32,000 nt of DNA from Candidatus Saganbacteria bacterium (GTDB taxonomy: Bacteria; Margulisbacteria; WOR-1; JAKLHX01): contig JAPLKZ010000005.1 of the NCBI GenBank assembly GCA_026387835.1, positions 90,001-122,000 on the forward strand, given 5' to 3'. The translations under genes and the position numbers were made by a program. Below are positions 26,203 through 32,000 of this stretch, one piece after another (within the stretch, counting starts at the first letter, position 1; each line of letters begins with the position of its first letter). Below the pieces are notes generated by a model that saw nothing but the letters and a program-made list of their open reading frames with translations, made no database searches and was not told the DNA's origin.

Positions 26203-27681
26203 ATGACGGCAATAATGCCTTTATTGATATTGTTCTTGGGAGCGTTCGCGGTGTTCCTGATATCGCGGCTTTCAAATAACAGAGGCCTGTGGGGAAGCCT
26301 GCTGTCCAGCGCGGTCATACTCGGCGCCATTTACTCGCTGTTGAGGGTAATGAAGGACCTTATCAACGATCAGGCCGTAGCGTATCCTTTGAAAGTCTTT
26401 GCGTTCTCATCGTCTTTGAGATTTGATTTTCTCAGTGTCCTTCTGAGCATGACGGTACTCATTCTCGGTCTTATGGTAGCGGTATTTTCCTGCAGGTACA
26501 TGGAAGACGATCTCAGCCAGGACAAATATTACACGCTTCTTCTGATAATGATCGGGGCCATCGTAGGACTGTCGGCAACAAAAGACCTTTTCAGTATCTG
26601 GGTCTTCTTCGAACTGATGTGTGTTTCTTCCTATATTCTTGTCTCGTTCAGAAAAGAAAAATGGGAACCGCTCGAGGCGGGGTTCAAGTACTTAATAATG
26701 AGCGCGGCAGGATCGATGCTGGTGCTGCTCGCGATCTCCGTAGTATTCGGTATGACCGGCGTTCTTGACCTTGAGGGGATCAAGTCCCTCATCAGGACCG
26801 TTCCACCGGTTCCTATGATGATAAGCATTGTGATGTTCATATGCGGATTTTCGGTGAAAGCAGCCATTGTCCCGTTCCATACATGGCTTCCCGACGCTCA
26901 TTCCGAAGCTCCTTCAGGGATATCTGCCATGCTTTCCGGCATAGTCATTGAGGCCGGGCTTTTTGCGATGATCAGAGTGCTTATGTACATGACCGGCCTT
27001 AAGGCGGATTTCGGTCTCGTTCTGATCATCATGGCTGTGGTCACGATGACTGTCGGCAATATCATGGCCCTCAGCCAGACCAGGATAAAAAGGATGCTGG
27101 CATATTCTTCCGTGGCTCAGATGGGCTATATGATCCTGGGGATAGGGATCGGGTTCCATTTTCTTATTCCCGACGGTTTTCTCGGCGGATTTTTCCATAT
27201 AGTGACACATGCCGGAATGAAAGGACTCGCCTTTCTTGTGGCCGGCGTGGTGATCCATTATGTCGGGACGTCCGAGATCAGCGAAATGAAAGGGCTGTCG
27301 CAGAAAATGCCGGCAGTCGCGCTTTCTTTTGCCGTGGCGGCTTTCGCTCTCGCGGGAGTCCCTCCGTTCTCCGGGTTCATGAGCAAATGGCTGATATATA
27401 AATCCGGATTTGATGCCGGCGGATGGGGATACGCCCTTGCCGGCATAGCGATATTTAATTCGGTACTCTCGCTCGGATATTATCTTCCGGCGGTCAATGC
27501 GATGTACGCTCCGTCGATGAGCGACAAAGTCAGGACTTCAAAGCCCGTGCCCTGGAGCGTTATGGTTCCGATAGCGCTTTTGACGATATCCGTGATTGTT
27601 CTTGGCATTCTGCCTGACATAGGCCTCGGGTTTGTCGGGCTTGCGGTAAAAAATCTGTATTGGATAATGGGAGCAAGATGA
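26203..27681 (+). CDS. NuoN/MrpD-like antiporter-type subunit
   Basis: LFSIWVFFELMCVSSYILVSF, VKAAIVPFHTWLPDAHSEAPSGISAMLSGIVIEAGLFAMIR, IKRMLAYSSVAQMGYMILGIG. Confidence 0.92.
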   Translation: MTAIMPLLILFLGAFAVFLISRLSNNRGLWGSLLSSAVILGAIYSLLRVMKDLINDQAVAYPLKVFAFSSSLRFDFLSVLLSMTVLILGLMVAVFSCRYMEDDLSQDKYYTLLLIMIGAIVGLSATKDLFSIWVFFELMCVSSYILVSFRKEKWEPLEAGFKYLIMSAAGSMLVLLAISVVFGMTGVLDLEGIKSLIRTVPPVPMMISIVMFICGFSVKAAIVPFHTWLPDAHSEAPSGISAMLSGIVIEAGLFAMIRVLMYMTGLKADFGLVLIIMAVVTMTVGNIMALSQTRIKRMLAYSSVAQMGYMILGIGIGFHFLIPDGFLGGFFHIVTHAGMKGLAFLVAGVVIHYVGTSEISEMKGLSQKMPAVALSFAVAAFALAGVPPFSGFMSKWLIYKSGFDAGGWGYALAGIAIFNSVLSLGYYLPAVNAMYAPSMSDKVRTSKPVPWSVMVPIALLTISVIVLGILPDIGLGFVGLAVKNLYWIMGAR

Positions 27682-28004
27682 TGGGAAATACCGTATTTTC
27701 ACCGGTAGGCATATTCTTCATATTTCTGCTGACAGTAGCAGCTGTTTACTGGTTTTCCGGCCGCATAGCCCCTAAAGCAGATCCGAAAGGCGGGAAGACC
27801 AACATGTATGCATGCGGCGAGGATCTTCCGGAGATCCAGCATTCGTCCACCGCTTCGATGTTCTTTCATGTGGCGCTTTATTTTACGATAATGGACGTTG
27901 CGGCGCTTACTATCGCGACGATCCCGCCGTCAGCAGGGGTATTTCTGGGAATATTTTATATTGCAGGCATATCTTTGGCCGTACTTGCGCTGGTGTTGAG
28001 ATAA
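27678..28004 (+). CDS. NuoA-like subunit
   Basis: YACGEDLP...SMFFHVALYFTIMDVAALTIATIP matches the NuoA-like pattern. ATGA overlap supports start 27678. Confidence 0.7.
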   Translation: MMGNTVFSPVGIFFIFLLTVAAVYWFSGRIAPKADPKGGKTNMYACGEDLPEIQHSSTASMFFHVALYFTIMDVAALTIATIPPSAGVFLGIFYIAGISLAVLALVLR

Positions 28005-28008
28005 ATAA

Positions 28009-28434
28009 ATGAAAAATATATTAAACTGGGCCCGGATCAAATCCCCGTGGGTGATCCATTTCAATTCGGGGTCATGCAACGGGTGCGATATCGAGATAGT
28101 CGCAGCGCTGACGCCGCGTTTTGACCTGGAGAGATTCGGTATAGTGCTCAAGGGTTCCCCGAGGCACGCGGACGTCCTGCTCGTCACGGGGCCGGTGAAC
28201 CACCACAGCAAGAAAAGACTTCAAAGGATCTATGACCAGATGCCCGATCCTAAGTTCGTCATAGCGATAGGCAGCTGCGCCTGTTCGGGCTGCGTGTTCC
28301 GCGGCTGCTACAACAACCTTCAGGGGGCGGATGCCGTAGTTCCGGTAGATGTCTACATTCCCGGATGCGCTCCGAGACCTGATGCGATAATCGACGGGGT
28401 CGTCAAGCTGATAAAGAAGTTAAAAGGAAGTTAA
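28009..28434 (+). CDS. [NiFe]-hydrogenase group 4 small subunit / NuoB-like [4Fe-4S] protein
   Basis: HFNSGSCNGCDIEIVAALTPRFD, VTGPVNHHSKKRL, AIGSCACSG, YIPGCAPRPDAI: proximal cluster ligands. Confidence 0.95.
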   Translation: MKNILNWARIKSPWVIHFNSGSCNGCDIEIVAALTPRFDLERFGIVLKGSPRHADVLLVTGPVNHHSKKRLQRIYDQMPDPKFVIAIGSCACSGCVFRGCYNNLQGADAVVPVDVYIPGCAPRPDAIIDGVVKLIKKLKGS

Positions 28435-28435
28435 C

Positions 28436-28921
28436 ATGAACGAAGAATTAAAACAAAAGATAGAAACAAAGTTCGCGGATACGGTCCTCGACTATAAAAG
28501 TCCGAGGGAGAAACGCATCTATATGAGAATAAAGAAGGAACAAATAAAGCCCGTCCTCTCATATGTGATGAACGAGCTGGGATTTTCACACCTGAGCACA
28601 ATAACCGGCGTCGACCTGAAGACCGAGTTCGAAGTGCTCTATCACGTTGTAAAAAGCGGGCTTTGCCTTACGATCGCCATCAAAGTGGACCGTAATGACC
28701 CTCATGTCGATACGATAACGGATATTATCCCCGGAGCGATCTGCTATGAAAGGGAACTCCAGGACTTTTTCGGAATAGAAGTCGACAATATCCCTGACGG
28801 AAGAAGGCTGATAATACCGGAGGACTGGCCGGAAGGGCAGTATCCGCTGCGCAAAGACTGGAACAAAAGCATGCTTCCGGAGTCTTTTAACGACGGGTTG
28901 AGGAGGAAGTGGACGGAATAA
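28436..28921 (+). CDS. NuoC/EchD-like 30-kDa-type subunit
   Basis: LSTITGVDLKTEFEVLYHV, RNDPHVDTITDIIPGAICYERELQDFFGIEVDNIPDGRRLIIPEDWPEGQYPLRKDW. Confidence 0.93.
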   Translation: MNEELKQKIETKFADTVLDYKSPREKRIYMRIKKEQIKPVLSYVMNELGFSHLSTITGVDLKTEFEVLYHVVKSGLCLTIAIKVDRNDPHVDTITDIIPGAICYERELQDFFGIEVDNIPDGRRLIIPEDWPEGQYPLRKDWNKSMLPESFNDGLRRKWTE

Positions 28922-28933
28922 ACCCCCTCTAAA

Positions 28934-28955
28934 TCTCCCCCTTATCAGGGGGAGA
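28934..28955. repeat. Intra-operon hairpin TCTCCCCC-TTATCA-GGGGGAGA in a 'CCCCCTCTAAATCTCCCCCTTATCAGGGGGAGAC' repeat-like element
   Basis: Perfect 8-bp inverted repeat with 6-nt loop between the NuoC-like stop and the large subunit SD. The right-arm string TATCAGGGGGAG also occurs near 3155. Confidence 0.7.
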
Positions 28956-28991
28956 CTTGAAGAAATGATGGGGTGAGTTAAAGGAGAAACG

Positions 28992-30191
28992 ATGCACAAT
29001 CAGGAACATAGGAATGATATAAGAATACCGGTAGGGCCGCAGCACCCGGCTCTCAAAGAACCCGAGTTCTTCAGTTTCAAGGTGGAAGGCGAAAGGGTCC
29101 TTGAGGCGGATGTGCGCCTGGGGTACAGCCACAGGGGCATTGAAAAAGGCTGTGAGGACAGGAATTTTATACAGTCTTTATATCTTGTCGAGCGCATCTG
29201 CGGCATCTGCTCGCATTCCCATGCGACGGTCTTCATCCAGGGTGTTGAAGAACTGCAGGGAACCGAGATACCGAAAAGAGCAAAATATATAAGGACGATA
29301 GTAGGAGAACTTGAGAGGATACATTCTCATCTTTTGTGGGTCGGCGTAGCGGCGCACGAGGTCGGGTACGATACTATGTACATGTATGCGTGGCGCGACA
29401 GGGAGGTCGTGATGGACCTTCTGGAGCTTGTCACCGGGAACAGGGTTAATTATTCGATGAACACCCTTGGCGGTGTCAGAAGAGATATCACTAAGGACAT
29501 GGCGGACAAGATAAGGGACGGACTGAAAATACTGGAACAAAAGACGATGTATTATCTGAACACCGCACTGCAGGAAAAGACCTTCATCATGAGGACCGAA
29601 AATGTGGGGATCATGCCTACCGATGTCGCAAGGAAGCTTGGGGCAGCGGGTCCAACGGCGAGAGGTTCTAACATTCCGGATGACGTAAGAAAGGACGATC
29701 CTTACGCCGCTTACGGCGAGATACCGTTCAATGTGGTCACGTCAAAAAGATGCGATGTGCTCGGCAGGGCTCAAGTGAGAGTGGGGGAGCTGCTTGAAAG
29801 CTACAAGATAATAAAATACGCGCTTGACAACATACCTGATACTCCACTTGCGGTAAAGACTTCAAGGAGAGTCCCGGAAGGAGAAGTGTTAAGCAGATAT
29901 GAGACGCCAAGGGGCGAGCTTATACATTATATAAAATCTAACGGGACAGACAAGCCTGAGAGGGTAAAAGTAAGGGCGCCGTCTTTAGGCAATGTTGCTC
30001 CTGTTAAATACATGCTCGAGAACTATTTCATCGCGGATATACCGATCATCCTGGCTGCGATAGACCCGTGTTTCTCGTGCGCTGACAGGATGGTCAGGGT
30101 CGCGGAACCCGATCACGAGCATGTGATGACATGGGAGGCACTGAGCAAATTCGGAATAGAATGGTACAAGAAAAATGGAAATAATATTTAA
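28992..30191 (+). CDS. Group 4 [NiFe]-hydrogenase catalytic large subunit (NuoD-related, with L1 and L2 Cys motifs)
   Basis: L1 ERICGICSHSH (29190-29219) and L2 DPCFSCADR (30063-30089). SD aaaggag. Confidence 0.96.
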   Translation: MHNQEHRNDIRIPVGPQHPALKEPEFFSFKVEGERVLEADVRLGYSHRGIEKGCEDRNFIQSLYLVERICGICSHSHATVFIQGVEELQGTEIPKRAKYIRTIVGELERIHSHLLWVGVAAHEVGYDTMYMYAWRDREVVMDLLELVTGNRVNYSMNTLGGVRRDITKDMADKIRDGLKILEQKTMYYLNTALQEKTFIMRTENVGIMPTDVARKLGAAGPTARGSNIPDDVRKDDPYAAYGEIPFNVVTSKRCDVLGRAQVRVGELLESYKIIKYALDNIPDTPLAVKTSRRVPEGEVLSRYETPRGELIHYIKSNGTDKPERVKVRAPSLGNVAPVKYMLENYFIADIPIILAAIDPCFSCADRMVRVAEPDHEHVMTWEALSKFGIEWYKKNGNNI

Positions 30192-31110
30192 ATTATTCTA
30201 TCTTCTGATATTCCCGGGATTTTTATTCCTGGTATTTTACGGTCTTTTCCTTGAATGGATCGACCGAAAGCTTCTGGCAAAATTCCAGAACCGCGTGGGG
30301 CCTCCGTGGTTCCAGCCTGTCGCGGATTTCATAAAGCTTTTCGCGAAAGAAGATACTGTGCCGGCTAAGGCCGACAGGGCAATGTTCGCTCTCGCGCCGG
30401 TATTTGCTCTCGCGGCGGTATTGACCACAATTGCTTTTATCCCGGTCATTGTCCCGGCGTTATATTCTTTTCCCGGGGATATAGTCGTGATCGCCTATCT
30501 TTTAATGGTCCCGACATTTGGCCTGTTCCTGGGCGGCTGGTACTCGGCAAATTATTTTGCTTCCATAGGAGCCGTGAGAACGACTCTCCTGTTATTTTCG
30601 TATGAAGTCCCGCTTTTAATGGCACTGCTCGGGCCCGCGATCCTTGCAGGGTCATGGAGCATCGAAGGTGTGATCGCTTTTCAGGCGGCCCATCCCTGGA
30701 TCATACTCTATCAGCCTCTTGGCTTCATCGTTGTGCTGGTGTCTATTGTCGGCAAGCTCGAAAGGATCCCGTTCGACATACCGGAAGCCGAGACCGAGAT
30801 AGTCGAAGGTCCGCTTTGCGAATACTCAGGAAAGAAGCTCGCTCTTTACAGGCTGATGTTCGATGTAGAGACTGTGATAGGAGCTTCGCTTATCAGCATA
30901 TTCTATCTGGGCGGTTTTTACGGCGCGAACATCCTGTTGACAGCGGCAATATTTCTTGTAAAGACCTTGGTCGTCCTATTCATGATATCCCTGGCAAAAG
31001 CCGTATTCGGAAGGATCAGGATAGACCAGATGATAGAGTTCTGCTGGAAGATCCTGATGCCCACAGCGATACTCCAGTTTTTGCTGATAATAATAGCGAG
31101 ATTGTGGTAG
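30175..31110 (+). CDS. NuoH/EchB/HycD-like membrane anchor subunit
   Basis: KLLAKFQNRVGPPWFQPVADFIKLFAKE, PFDIPEAETEIVEGPLCEYSGKKLALYRL. Confidence 0.94.
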   Translation: MEIIFKLFYLLIFPGFLFLVFYGLFLEWIDRKLLAKFQNRVGPPWFQPVADFIKLFAKEDTVPAKADRAMFALAPVFALAAVLTTIAFIPVIVPALYSFPGDIVVIAYLLMVPTFGLFLGGWYSANYFASIGAVRTTLLLFSYEVPLLMALLGPAILAGSWSIEGVIAFQAAHPWIILYQPLGFIVVLVSIVGKLERIPFDIPEAETEIVEGPLCEYSGKKLALYRLMFDVETVIGASLISIFYLGGFYGANILLTAAIFLVKTLVVLFMISLAKAVFGRIRIDQMIEFCWKILMPTAILQFLLIIIARLW

Positions 31111-31119
31111 GAGAAAAAA

Positions 31120-31500
31120 ATGCTTGGAGCTTTGATACCTGAATCAATAAGACAGCTTTTTAAGAAGGCCGCGACAAACATGTATCCTGCGGAACAATTT
31201 GCGACGCCGGCTGACTTTCGGGGTAAGCTTGTCGCTGACATAAAGAAATGCATCGGCTGCAAACTTTGCATGCGGGACTGCTCCGCGCAGGCGATAGAAG
31301 TCATAGACGTAACGCCTCCTCCGCCGCCGGAAGCTCAGGAAAAACAGAAGAAGAAATTTAAGCTTAACATCTATCTTGACCGTTGCGTCTATTGCGGCCA
31401 ATGCATGGAGAATTGCCCGACAGACACCCTTTCGATGGAGTCAACGCACGATCTTGCCTCTTATGACAGGGCATCGTTGAAGACTGAATACGAGTTTTAG
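31120..31500 (+). CDS. 2x[4Fe-4S] ferredoxin-type subunit (NuoI/EchF-like)
   Basis: CIGCKLCMRDCSAQAIEV and CVYCGQCMENCPTDTLSM. Confidence 0.9.
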   Translation: MLGALIPESIRQLFKKAATNMYPAEQFATPADFRGKLVADIKKCIGCKLCMRDCSAQAIEVIDVTPPPPPEAQEKQKKKFKLNIYLDRCVYCGQCMENCPTDTLSMESTHDLASYDRASLKTEYEF

Positions 31501-31501
31501 T

Positions 31502-31999
31502 CTATCTTCTCTTATCCGGTGAAAGGTATTTCTTGCGGGTCGTGACGTTCTTGTAGGCCGGCCGTATTATGCGCTTTGATACCATCAGTTCCTCTATCCT
31601 GTGCGCCATCCAGCCGGAGATGCGCGCCATGGCGAACAGCGGAGTGTAAAGGTCCTGCGAGATGCCGAGGCAGTTGTACACAAAGCCGGAGAAAAAATCG
31701 ACATTAGGAGCGATTATCTTAGTATTCTGTTTTACCTCAAGGAAGGTCTGCGGGACCAGCTCTTCCATGTTCAGATACAGCTGTAATTCCTGCTCGTGTC
31801 CTTTTTCCTGGGCGAGGCGGATGGCGTACTCTTTCAATATTACTGCTCTCGGGTCCGATTTTGTGTAGACGGCATGCCCGAAACCGTAGATCTTCCCGCT
31901 CCTGTCCCCGACTTCGCAGCGCATCAATTTCGCGATGTAATTTTTCAGCTCTTCCTTGTTCGTCCAGTCCTTGACGTTCTTCTTGATATCTTCCATCAT
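31502..31999 (-). CDS. Citrate synthase, C-terminal part (5' end beyond window)
   Basis: GFGHAVYTKSDPRAVILKEYA, NVDFFSGFVYNCLGISQDLYTPLFAMARISGWMAHRIEEL, RPAYK. The ORF runs open to the window edge. Confidence 0.9.
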   Translation of the reverse strand: MMEDIKKNVKDWTNKEELKNYIAKLMRCEVGDRSGKIYGFGHAVYTKSDPRAVILKEYAIRLAQEKGHEQELQLYLNMEELVPQTFLEVKQNTKIIAPNVDFFSGFVYNCLGISQDLYTPLFAMARISGWMAHRIEELMVSKRIIRPAYKNVTTRKKYLSPDKRR

Positions 32000-32000
32000 C

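Noticed and set aside
30654-31142. 162-aa plus-strand ORF
   Set aside because: It lies out of frame within the NuoH-like gene, with Arg/Asp/His-rich translation and no family resemblance.
22139-31500. Respiratory complex I (nuo) or pure Mrp antiporter operon
   Set aside because: The large subunit carries both [NiFe] Cys motifs (RICGIC, DPCFSCADR), and a hydrogenase maturation protease is adjacent. No NuoEFG is seen and the small Mrp-like subunits are additional.

Overview
The window looks like a bacterial chromosome segment, probably from an uncultivated anaerobic or fermentative lineage (this is inference). Main parts, left to right. (1) An AT-rich left end (about 1-3300) carries a compact cassette: an Xre-type HTH regulator facing a translationally coupled three-gene operon of D12/Dam-type adenine methyltransferase, multi-TM protein and DGQHR-domain (DndB/ParB-like) protein. 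No restriction nuclease is visible. (2) Two lipoprotein metallophosphoesterases and an exported-looking beta-carbonic anhydrase. (3) An aldolase / methyltransferase / sugar-nucleotidyltransferase run behind a promoter that predicts a near-leaderless mRNA. (4) GalT/HIT-like, CDF, TspO and EFR1-type flavodoxin-ferredoxin genes, plus a small redox group of glutaredoxin overlapping an FTR-catalytic::rubredoxin fusion. (5) PabB, CstA and a divergent adenosine-deaminase-like protein. (6) A hydrogenase maturation protease followed by a 12-gene membrane-bound group 4 [NiFe]-hydrogenase locus. It has intact L1 and L2 nickel-ligand motifs, Mrp/Mbh-like small subunits, three large antiporter-type subunits and a NuoA-like subunit. 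(7) A truncated citrate synthase gene at the right edge. The strongest candidates for an under-described system are the hybrid hydrogenase/antiporter/NuoA complex and the Dam-TM-DGQHR-Xre cassette. No CRISPR array, tRNA, rRNA or transposase was recognised.
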